This document shows positions 47,324 to 55,408 of a stretch of DNA of 55,408 bases, in pieces. The position numbers and the translations under genes are program-made. The notes under the pieces are model-generated. The model had not been told where the DNA came from. It searched no databases and was given only the letters and a program-made list of their open reading frames with translations. Position 1 is the first letter of the stretch. Every line of letters starts with the position of its first letter. The DNA is from a virus (lineage: Duplodnaviria > Caudoviricetes): positions 1-55,408 of IMG/VR virus record IMGVR_UViG_3300036398_002939; one strand, 5' to 3'.

Positions 47324-48613
47324 TCAATCCGATATTTTATTTAATTTTGGTAATTTTATTTCAGATTTTACTGCGAATTTTGGAACATTTGTATTCATAA
47401 TGCTTTCAAATCTGTCATGCATTTTATTGTAAGACCATTTTGTTTTCATAGAAATTAATGCCAATTTTGATTTTTTCAAAAATGTATTGTACTTTGAAAA
47501 CACATCTTTCATTTTTTCCGATGCTTTTGTGTAATCAACATTAAACCAAGATGATCCTTTATTGATTACTGTTTCCCAAATTGCACTATCGTGAACTTCT
47601 TTTAACTCACCTTCTAGCAAAACATTCACATCTGATTCGATGAAATCTAGATGTCCACTCCATTTTGGAACCATTATTGGTTTTCCGGTTGTCATAAATT
47701 CTGCAATAGGTCTACCATAACCTTCACCTTTGGTAAAAGATATAAATGATTTAATCTTATCGTGGTGATATAACGTATTCATATCCGTTTCATCTAAATC
47801 ACCATTCAACAAATATATGTTTGGTAGTTTTTCCAATTTTACCATGTTTTTAATTGAATCTATTTTTCTTAATATTTCATTTCTTCCTGTTATAGAAAAT
47901 GTTCCCATTGATGTTTTTAATAAAAGTGCAGGTGCATTTTCTTTCCCAGCAAAAGTTTTTAGAAACGTGTAGATTAATCCAGATACATCTTTTCTATCGT
48001 TTCCAAAATCACCCTTTAACCAATGTCCAACAAACAAAAATACAAAATCTTCTTTTATATCATTCAACATATTGGTTACATTCACGTTTTGTTGTGCATC
48101 TTTACCGAATAAATCTGTTCTAACACCTTCATGCAAAACTTCTATTGGTTTTGTTATTCTGTGATTGTCTATCATCTGATTCGTTTGTTTATCCCTCTTT
48201 TCATAAACGGTATTAACAAAAACATCTTTTGCATGTTTTGATGGAACAATTATTAAATCCATTCGGTTACAACCTTCTACCCATTCTGGAGAACAAATAT
48301 TAGTTTCTATACCGGCTGTTATACCTATATTATATTTTCCGACTGGCTGAAACTCTGTTGGTATTGTACATTGAACCCAAATATCAGGTTGGCTAGTCAT
48401 CTGTTCTTTTGCAATTCTATTTAATATTTCTTTATGATCACTATTGTTTTCATCTAAAGCATTCATTGGAGTTTCACCCCAATTTATAGATATAATTTTT
48501 ACATTATATTTATCCATTTTTATTAAAGACAAAACCAAATCTCTTGCATGTGATCCATAACCACTAACAGTTGCAACTGGTCCACAAAATACCAATTCTG
48601 GCTTATTTGACAT
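47324..48613 (-). CDS. Glycosyltransferase family 4 (GT-B)
   Basis: SGYG.HARD, GEGYGRPIAE...GKP...WSGHLDF. Confidence 0.88.
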   Translation of the reverse strand: MSNKPELVFCGPVATVSGYGSHARDLVLSLIKMDKYNVKIISINWGETPMNALDENNSDHKEILNRIAKEQMTSQPDIWVQCTIPTEFQPVGKYNIGITAGIETNICSPEWVEGCNRMDLIIVPSKHAKDVFVNTVYEKRDKQTNQMIDNHRITKPIEVLHEGVRTDLFGKDAQQNVNVTNMLNDIKEDFVFLFVGHWLKGDFGNDRKDVSGLIYTFLKTFAGKENAPALLLKTSMGTFSITGRNEILRKIDSIKNMVKLEKLPNIYLLNGDLDETDMNTLYHHDKIKSFISFTKGEGYGRPIAEFMTTGKPIMVPKWSGHLDFIESDVNVLLEGELKEVHDSAIWETVINKGSSWFNVDYTKASEKMKDVFSKYNTFLKKSKLALISMKTKWSYNKMHDRFESIMNTNVPKFAVKSEIKLPKLNKISD

Positions 48614-48621
48614 ATCTATCC

Positions 48622-50046
48622 TCACGCTAATATTAATTCAAATTTATTTTTAGGTTTAAATACATTTAGTGTATTATCAATACTATCAACAATTCTATTT
48701 GCCATTTCTTTTTTACTCATACCAACTTTACTATCCATGATATAATCTCTACCCATTTCACCCATTCTCTTTCTTTCACTCTTAGGAGTAGTATACCAAG
48801 AATATAATGCATTACCAACTTCTCTATAATCGGCTCTATCATCAAAAATATAAGGAGTTGGAACTGATCCTTGTAATGATATATTTGAAGGCCAAACGGG
48901 TTTAACCCATTCTCCGTGTTTCAAATCAGACCATTCGTATCTATCATGTAGAGTGTGAACTTCAACATAATCCTCGGCTGTAAAATAATCATTTGTTTTT
49001 GGATTAATGAAACCACATTGGTCTTGTAACCCACCGGTGACATTTACTATAATAGGAACGCCGGCTGCCATTGACTCTGCCGTTGCTAAACCAAATCCTT
49101 CATTTGATGACATATTCAAAACAACATCCGCACAATTATATCTAACATTTAAATGTTCGGTTCCAACTATACTATTTGCGAAAATAACAGGATACTTTGG
49201 GGATAAATCACGAATAACGGCAGACAAATCCGTTCCATTATGATCAATTTCTACCGTATGCATATAAAGTAAACAATCATTTACTGCGTCACCACCGTTT
49301 TTATCAACGAGTTCACAAAAATGTTTATATGCCAATATAACATCACCTGGATGTTTTCTGTGGATATTTCTGTTGTTCCACATTATTATGAAACGATTTG
49401 GATTATCGGATCTTAATTCATTATTTTGTTTTGTATAATCATCCCAATATTTGTCACCCTCTTTTATCGGATAAAACATATCGGTATTTATTCCATGTGG
49501 AACATATGTTATTCTATTATTATCTACACTCTCACCCACCCTTTCAAGTATTCTTTTATTTATACCGTATGTTTGTTTTGAAATTGCCATCAATGAATCA
49601 CAACTAGAATATGCCTCTTTATTCCACATTGGATCGGTAGGTGTTCCACCAACAAGTCCTGCACCATCCCATATGTTCAAATACAATAATGGCATTTTAG
49701 TTCTAATTTCATGTTCCATATTGTATAACCATCCCCAAAATCTTGGATCAGTAAAATGTAAAATGGCATCTGGCTTTTCAATTTCAATTAATCGTCTGAT
49801 TAAAAGAGAATCACCATATCCATTGTTGCAATATATTTTTACATATGAATCGTTAATACCACTTATTTTGTTACAATCATCCGATAAATCTAATACCTTT
49901 CCTGAATCAGGATGATTCATCGCTGCACCAACTTGAACCCAATCATATTTATGAACAGTTCCTAATACAATATCTCTCGATACAGTTGCTATTCCAGATG
50001 TAAGTCTCAAATCGTCTGACAGTAATAATATCTTTTTCTTTGCCAT
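48622..50046 (-). CDS. Glycosyltransferase family 4 (GT-B)
   Basis: SDD.RL.SG, YVPHGI, NRNI.RK, SNEGFGL..AES.AAG.PII..TGGL. Confidence 0.9.
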   Translation of the reverse strand: MAKKKILLLSDDLRLTSGIATVSRDIVLGTVHKYDWVQVGAAMNHPDSGKVLDLSDDCNKISGINDSYVKIYCNNGYGDSLLIRRLIEIEKPDAILHFTDPRFWGWLYNMEHEIRTKMPLLYLNIWDGAGLVGGTPTDPMWNKEAYSSCDSLMAISKQTYGINKRILERVGESVDNNRITYVPHGINTDMFYPIKEGDKYWDDYTKQNNELRSDNPNRFIIMWNNRNIHRKHPGDVILAYKHFCELVDKNGGDAVNDCLLYMHTVEIDHNGTDLSAVIRDLSPKYPVIFANSIVGTEHLNVRYNCADVVLNMSSNEGFGLATAESMAAGVPIIVNVTGGLQDQCGFINPKTNDYFTAEDYVEVHTLHDRYEWSDLKHGEWVKPVWPSNISLQGSVPTPYIFDDRADYREVGNALYSWYTTPKSERKRMGEMGRDYIMDSKVGMSKKEMANRIVDSIDNTLNVFKPKNKFELILA

Positions 50047-50055
50047 GTGAAACCT

Positions 50056-51441
50056 TTATATGTTAAAAAACTTTTGTGTTGTAGTTGATGAAACACCGTT
50101 CATGTTAATAAGCATTTTACGGTACGGTTTGAATTTGTAACCCATTTGTTCTAACGAAGAATTAAACCAATCTTCCGAGTAATCATCTTTATTTCTTTTA
50201 CCGTTTGAAACTATTGTTTGCATATCACGAATAAAGTTATCAAGTTTGTTCATATCTCTCGTTAATCGTATCAATCTCAATCTTCGTCTGTTATATTCTT
50301 CTTCATCGTTCTCTAATCTTTGAATCTCTAATATAAGACTTTTTAACGAATTTTCCAAATCATTTATATCATACGATAAAACTAATTCAGCAAATTCTGT
50401 TCCCTTAAACAAATCAATATATGTTTTATCATAGATTGGAATTGTCATCAAGTTCTTCTCTATTTGAGCATATTCAAATCTTGGTGTAATAAACATCCCA
50501 AAGAAAGGCACGTTTGTATTTGTTGTTGATATACTGAATCTACAACCGGTTAAAAAGTCCATCATACTTTCCATCGTGTATGTTCCTGCAAGTATCATGG
50601 GTTTATGGTTATCAAAAACTTTGAATACGGTTGGATCCAAATCATAGTCTGGTAGGAATGTATCATTAAAAGTTTTACGAGAAACATTCGCGTGTTCTGA
50701 TAATATCTTTACATGATTGAAGTAATTTTCGGGTGAATATGTGTTTCCAATATGAACCAATTTCTTACCAGACAAGTCTCTCAGTCCCATCTTACCCATT
50801 GTTTCTACTATTGGTTTGAAGTTCCCATGGCCTTTGAATTTTGCATAGTAAGCACATTCTGAAATGTATGGTAATTCTTTTTTATTCTCCCATGATTTTT
50901 CAATCCACTTGTCATAAATACTCATGTCAATATAACCACCGACTTGAAAAGTATAGTTGGAAGTTCCCCTCATTCCAATATATTCTTTCAAGGCATCTAC
51001 AAAGAATGGTGTGTATGTTAAGTAGTAGTCACTATATTTTATGAATGCAGGAACACAGATAGTATTGAAATGCATGCCCTCATACGGGTATATCTCGTGG
51101 TCAAAGAATGCAGTTATAGTATTCAACTTACAATACATCTTTGCCAATTCGATCAGTCTTTCTCTATGTTCTGGTTTTCTTTTTTGAATACCATCAACAT
51201 CGTAGATAAATTTGTTTAGATTTAAAACAACAATATCATAACCATCTAACTTATCTTTCAATTCAGTTATTTCCATTTCCGAAATATCTATACAGTTCTG
51301 ATATTCAGATTTGAAATTGTTTGTTTCACTTGGGTTAAAATAAAAAGTATCAACACTATCAAGTGATGATATATTTTTAGTAAAGGTATGTATACCCCTA
51401 TAAACAGATAAGTCTATTATTGCAAGTTGAGCTATTTTCAC
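50056..51441 (-). CDS. T4 alpha-glucosyltransferase-like protein (candidate DNA glycosyltransferase)
   Basis: Collinear matches to T4 AGT as I recall it: DIVVLN/DILIIN, FFDHE/YQHDH, YTFQ/YNFQ, RFEYAQIE..TIPIY/SLEYTHLE..TIPVF, YDINDLE/FDENDME; GTG start. Confidence 0.65.
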   Translation of the reverse strand: MKIAQLAIIDLSVYRGIHTFTKNISSLDSVDTFYFNPSETNNFKSEYQNCIDISEMEITELKDKLDGYDIVVLNLNKFIYDVDGIQKRKPEHRERLIELAKMYCKLNTITAFFDHEIYPYEGMHFNTICVPAFIKYSDYYLTYTPFFVDALKEYIGMRGTSNYTFQVGGYIDMSIYDKWIEKSWENKKELPYISECAYYAKFKGHGNFKPIVETMGKMGLRDLSGKKLVHIGNTYSPENYFNHVKILSEHANVSRKTFNDTFLPDYDLDPTVFKVFDNHKPMILAGTYTMESMMDFLTGCRFSISTTNTNVPFFGMFITPRFEYAQIEKNLMTIPIYDKTYIDLFKGTEFAELVLSYDINDLENSLKSLILEIQRLENDEEEYNRRRLRLIRLTRDMNKLDNFIRDMQTIVSNGKRNKDDYSEDWFNSSLEQMGYKFKPYRKMLINMNGVSSTTTQKFFNI

Positions 51442-51500
51442 GAAACACCTAATCAAAACGTTTACTATAAATATCTAGTAATTTTAGAAAACGATAAATT

Positions 51501-52412
51501 TTAGAACGGTAACATATTTCTTTTTTCTTTCGGACAGAGTTCTTCTTTATCGTTAAACTCACAATATTTACAATTTGAATAATCACGACCTGATTCTGCA
51601 GTTTGTATAACATCCAAACGATATTCACCTTCTTCTGTAAAGTTTGTTGTGATAAATTCTGCAATTTCTTTTTTGATATTGTTCTGTGAAACTTTGCCAT
51701 TAGATGGTTCAAATCGTTGAACTCTTTGTTTCATCGCTTCATATTCCGCATCTTCAATTATTTTACGGCGAAGAATTAAATACTCAATATGTATATCTTC
51801 TGGACTAACATCATATTGTTTTGCATAGTATGTTTTGTAAAGTAACAACTGTGATGTTTTTACTTTATCTGCCTTTGCCCATTTGTTCCAACCATTTGTG
51901 CTGGTTTTAAAATCGTATATGTATATTTCACCGGTCTTTGTATTACGAATTACCAAATCAAGAAACCCAACCAACTTTACTGTTGGGTGAGTTTCAAGTG
52001 GAATTATGTTTATCGGAACTTCTATACCAACCAATTCGTAATCTTTCTTTTGGAAGAAATCTGCACGATGGGCTTTGAACCAATTAAGAATCTGAACACC
52101 ATCCGAATAGTATTCTTTTAATTCTCTATCACTAGAAAAATGTTTATCATTATTCTCCGTGAGTAATTTTTTGTATTGGTCACGAATTCCAGACTGTAGC
52201 ATTTCATTGAGGTCAAGTTTATTTGCCTCAACGATTGATTTCTCATAAATATTTTTTACATATTCTTGCAATACTTCATGCATTACCGTTCCGAAAAGAG
52301 CGGCAGTCGATGGTTGAAAAGTATAATGTTTATCTATGTAATTTAGTTTCCATCTATGAGGACATACTTTCCACATTTGATATTGTGAGAAAGATACTTT
52401 TCGGTTTGCCAT
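51501..52412 (-). CDS. PD-(D/E)XK (RecB/Cas4-like) exonuclease
   Basis: SFSQ...CP, FGT..HE, E...GFLD...DFKTS, QL.LY, CKYC.F...C. Confidence 0.9.
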   Translation of the reverse strand: MANRKVSFSQYQMWKVCPHRWKLNYIDKHYTFQPSTAALFGTVMHEVLQEYVKNIYEKSIVEANKLDLNEMLQSGIRDQYKKLLTENNDKHFSSDRELKEYYSDGVQILNWFKAHRADFFQKKDYELVGIEVPINIIPLETHPTVKLVGFLDLVIRNTKTGEIYIYDFKTSTNGWNKWAKADKVKTSQLLLYKTYYAKQYDVSPEDIHIEYLILRRKIIEDAEYEAMKQRVQRFEPSNGKVSQNNIKKEIAEFITTNFTEEGEYRLDVIQTAESGRDYSNCKYCEFNDKEELCPKEKRNMLPF

Positions 52413-52780
52413 TATTTACCCCACTTGCCAGACTGAACAAGTTGTGCAATAATACCATATACTGAAATATCTTTGAATGTATCATCAAGACTTTCACCAA
52501 CTGCATCTTGTGATCCAAACATAATCATTTGTTTGTAACGATTTATTTTATCATTGATACGAAAGAAAAGACCTTGTAGAGAAAGTTTACGGTCTTGTTC
52601 TTTTTCAAGTGTACTACCCATTGATATATTATCTGGACCATAGTTACTTTGCTTTGCACAAAACAATTCATATTGAACCTGTTGAATACGCTTAAATTCT
52701 GCAGTCATAACTGGAAACTTTTCTTCCATTTGTCTAACAACATCGGATTGTTTAACACTCAAATCTATTTCAGATATAGA
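52412..52780 (-). CDS. Nucleotide-modification-associated domain 1 (Nmad1/DUF1599-like) protein
   Basis: KQSNYG..NI, RINDKINR, ESLDDTFKDISVYGII. Confidence 0.8.
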   Translation of the reverse strand, partial: SISEIDLSVKQSDVVRQMEEKFPVMTAEFKRIQQVQYELFCAKQSNYGPDNISMGSTLEKEQDRKLSLQGLFFRINDKINRYKQMIMFGSQDAVGESLDDTFKDISVYGIIAQLVQSGKWGK

Positions 52781-52794
52781 CATTTTTATATTCC

Positions 52795-53247
52795 TCATTT
52801 TATATTTTTTAATTGTTTTTCAAACTTTTTAATATCATCTTCTTTTGTTCCGTACATTTTTAGTATTTCAATAAGTTCATCTGGATTCTCTTTTTTAAGA
52901 AAAACAATATACGGATATACTTCATTTCTACCCAATTCAAAGTGTTTACAAAATATATCAACAAACTCTGGTTCTATCTCAACACGAGTTTTTGATTTGA
53001 TATATTTTAAGAATATTGATTGTTTAGGTAGAACATCGAGTAAAAGTTTATAGTAATCTTTTGAAGTTAAATCACCATTTGAATATTTTTGAAATTCATT
53101 TATAGCTTCAACAAATTGGGATTCCATTGAAAAGAAACGAGCAATCATATAATTACTCCAAGATTTTTTATCTTCTTCTGTGAGTTCTTCCCATTTTGTT
53201 TTACGGAAAGTTATACCTTTAATATGATCAAATAAACTTTTACTCAT
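52795..53247 (-). CDS. Clamp-loader subunit (T4 gp62-like)
   Basis: LFD.I..I...YMIARFFSM...N..Q...YYKLL...LPK...F.KYIK; next to the RFC subunit. Confidence 0.7.
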   Translation of the reverse strand: MSKSLFDHIKGITFRKTKWEELTEEDKKSWSNYMIARFFSMESQFVEAINEFQKYSNGDLTSKDYYKLLLDVLPKQSIFLKYIKSKTRVEIEPEFVDIFCKHFELGRNEVYPYIVFLKKENPDELIEILKMYGTKEDDIKKFEKQLKNIK

Positions 53248-53254
53248 TATATCC

Positions 53255-53518
53255 TCAATCGTTTAATTGTTGTTTTTTTGTTGGCATAAATTCTTCATTG
53301 ATATTTCCACATTCAAGACAGGCATAAGTTGGAATTGGAATAATACCTTCTTGTCCCGTTGGTGAAAGTAAAGCAGAAATCTTTTTGAAAAATGTTACTT
53401 CGTGAAAAAACTTATTACCGCAATTTGAACATTCAATATCAGTTGCTTGATTTATGTCAAGAGTCATTTGTTGCGGTTGTGGCTTTCCACCACCGTTAAT
53501 ATCATATACGCTCATCAT
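53255..53518 (-). CDS. Zinc-ribbon protein
   Basis: CSNCG...CLECG. Confidence 0.75.
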   Translation of the reverse strand: MMSVYDINGGGKPQPQQMTLDINQATDIECSNCGNKFFHEVTFFKKISALLSPTGQEGIIPIPTYACLECGNINEEFMPTKKQQLND

Positions 53519-54456
53519 TACCTCCTTTGGTCAATTTCCATAATAATTTGAATAAACATAGCCATGGCATTTATTTCATGGTCTACAACAAAACTGTCTT
53601 TATACTGTGCTTCAGCAATAATTAGAATAATTGTAGATACGAAACCATTAGCGTATGTATCAACAGTATCATAAAGATAACGAAACATTTGATTAAAGTC
53701 TCTAACATGATTGTCAGCAAGTAACTGACGAATACCATCAAACTTTTCTTTTTTATTTTTATTCGATTTTAAAACATCAACGATAGATGAAAGATAATTG
53801 TGTTCTACCAAAGTTGTTTCATCTAATTTTAAAACACCACCGATAACACATCGTTGAGTTGTGTTGATTACACGGCGAATATCTGGATAAGATTGATTGA
53901 TAATTGTTACAAGATTTTCTTTCTCATATTTTACACTTTCACCTTCAAGAATCTTTACAAGATGTGATGCAACTTCTTTCTTTGAGGGTGGAACAATATT
54001 GAATATCTGACAACGAGATTGAATTGGATCGATAATCTTATCTACATAATTACAAGTCAAAATAAAACGAGTAGTCTTACTGAATGTTTCGATTACATTA
54101 CGAAGTGCCGCCTGAGCGTTTGGTGTCATATAATCACACTCGTCAAGTATAATTATTTTTAGTCCACCGAAACCAATCGAAGATGCAAACTGTTTGATTT
54201 TATCACGAACAGTATCTACGGAGTTTTCATCTGATGCGTTGATGTAAATGTAGTTATCTTTTGCAATAGTATTTGCAACAATCTTAGCAAGTGTGGTTTT
54301 ACCACTACCGGCATCACCGTAAAGAAGTAGATGTGGAACATCACTGGTGTCAATGTATTGTTGAAACGTTGCCTTTACAGTATCATTTCCAACATAAGTG
54401 TCAAGTGTCTGTGGACGATACTTTTCGTTCCAAATTGTGTGTGAGGGGTTAAACAT
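53518..54456 (-). CDS. Clamp-loader AAA+ subunit (RFC small subunit / T4 gp44-like)
   Basis: W.EKYRP, GDAGSGKTT, INASD, LDECD, QAALR, SRC. Confidence 0.95.
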   Translation of the reverse strand: MFNPSHTIWNEKYRPQTLDTYVGNDTVKATFQQYIDTSDVPHLLLYGDAGSGKTTLAKIVANTIAKDNYIYINASDENSVDTVRDKIKQFASSIGFGGLKIIILDECDYMTPNAQAALRNVIETFSKTTRFILTCNYVDKIIDPIQSRCQIFNIVPPSKKEVASHLVKILEGESVKYEKENLVTIINQSYPDIRRVINTTQRCVIGGVLKLDETTLVEHNYLSSIVDVLKSNKNKKEKFDGIRQLLADNHVRDFNQMFRYLYDTVDTYANGFVSTIILIIAEAQYKDSFVVDHEINAMAMFIQIIMEIDQRR

Positions 54457-54487
54457 AACATACCTTAATGTTTGATAAATTCATATA

Positions 54488-54519
54488 CTAATATACAAAA
54501 TTTTTAGATAAGAACCAAA
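54488..54519 (-). promoter_or_regulatory. Host-type promoter upstream of the clamp loader
   Basis: Minus strand TTTG-N20-TATATTAG. Confidence 0.7.
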
Positions 54520-55407
54520 TTATTTTTGAAAAACAAAGATTGGCTCTCTTTTATATCCTGCACCCATGACGGCAGATAGTATCAGTTGCAGGGTATCGGT
54601 GTGAGTAAAGCCAACTAAGTTGGCATACTTTATAGTCATTTCTTCGAGGTCTTTATACTTTGGTGTGTTGGCTATGTTGATTAACATATACCCACCCTTT
54701 TTTAGACCGTGGTAACAGTTCCGAAATGTTCCTTGTAAGAAACCAGAACCCCAATCTTCTCTTGTTGGAAACTTATTGTATGATTGAGTTTCTTCATCTG
54801 CATATTTCTCTGTATCAAAATATGGTGGTGAAGTAAAACATAAGTCTAATGTTTCTGCGTCTGGAAGATAATCTTCTGAACCCATCATTTTTAATTGAAT
54901 ATCCTTACCAAGATAAGCAAAGTCATCACGAAGTTTACATAGTCCTTCAAATGTTTTTGTAGATGGTTCTGTTCCGATATAAGTTTTGATATAGGGTGAT
55001 GCAAGAGCACCCACCAATCTTCCACCCCAACCGCAAGACATATCCCACATAACACCGTCACCACCAAAGTTTTTATAGATAACACCGGCGGCAGTTGGTC
55101 GGAAATTGGAAACACCTTGAACACCAGAATATATTTTAAGTGATTGACGCAAACGGTTTTCTTGAAAAGAACCACCCCAATGTTTTGATAACCATTTCAA
55201 ACATTTACGAATAGTCATTTTGAATGTTTGGTCATTCAAAAAATTATCCATAGGAGACATTTTAGAATTGCCACACTTTACTTCCATTGCATGAGGAAAG
55301 TATGACCACGCCAATCGAAGTCCATTCATGGTTTGAATTATATCACCGTCTTTGAAAATAGAATCATAATCAAACTGTTGAAGTTTTCTCATGTGTTCAT
55401 GTTTTTC
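54520..55407 (-). CDS. Amino (m6A/m4C) DNA methyltransferase, 5'-truncated by window end
   Basis: DMSCGWGGRL SAM motif and FTSPPYF catalytic motif; frame stays open to the window edge. Confidence 0.85.
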   Translation of the reverse strand, partial: EKHEHMRKLQQFDYDSIFKDGDIIQTMNGLRLAWSYFPHAMEVKCGNSKMSPMDNFLNDQTFKMTIRKCLKWLSKHWGGSFQENRLRQSLKIYSGVQGVSNFRPTAAGVIYKNFGGDGVMWDMSCGWGGRLVGALASPYIKTYIGTEPSTKTFEGLCKLRDDFAYLGKDIQLKMMGSEDYLPDAETLDLCFTSPPYFDTEKYADEETQSYNKFPTREDWGSGFLQGTFRNCYHGLKKGGYMLINIANTPKYKDLEEMTIKYANLVGFTHTDTLQLILSAVMGAGYKREPIFVFQK

Positions 55408-55408
55408 T

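Noticed and set aside
51501-52412. Cas4 of a CRISPR system
   Set aside because: Stand-alone Cas4-like exonucleases are routine in phage replication modules; no array or other cas genes.
54520-55407. Methyltransferase as the cognate partner of the HincII-like enzyme
   Set aside because: It is 49 kb away and has an SPPY motif of a common phage family; its specificity cannot be read from sequence, so the link is unsupported though not excluded.

Overview
This is a 55.4-kb, AT-rich segment of a very large tailed phage (jumbo/huge phage), not a cellular chromosome. Bacteroidota-type TTTG-N19-TAnnTTTG promoters, a T9SS sorting-domain protein and the GroEL sequence point to an FCB-group host. The left 22 kb (+ strand) holds an early region of small ORFs with repeated leaders and promoters, ArdA, an atypical tRNA-like RNA, an orphan HincII-family restriction enzyme, tRNA-Leu, a holin/CHAP lysis pair and GroES/GroEL. 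It ends in five tandem proteins sharing an N-terminal MIKLKxxLxE tag, carrying ART-like, Fe-S flavoprotein and HhH-glycosylase-like domains. The right 33 kb (- strand) holds two RCC1-containing structural paralogs, a GH19 lysin, host-like secreted proteins, a ~15-kb sugar/glycosyltransferase cluster, a T4 alpha-glucosyltransferase-like gene, a nuclease, clamp-loader subunits and a truncated DNA methyltransferase. The strongest signals are: (i) the orphan HincII homolog with no GTYRAC site found in the window by eye; (ii) the shared N-terminal tag on unrelated enzymes, a candidate capsid-targeting/injected-effector system; (iii) a tRNA scaffold with two hairpins in place of the anticodon arm. 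All family calls are from motif recognition by eye; no searches were run.
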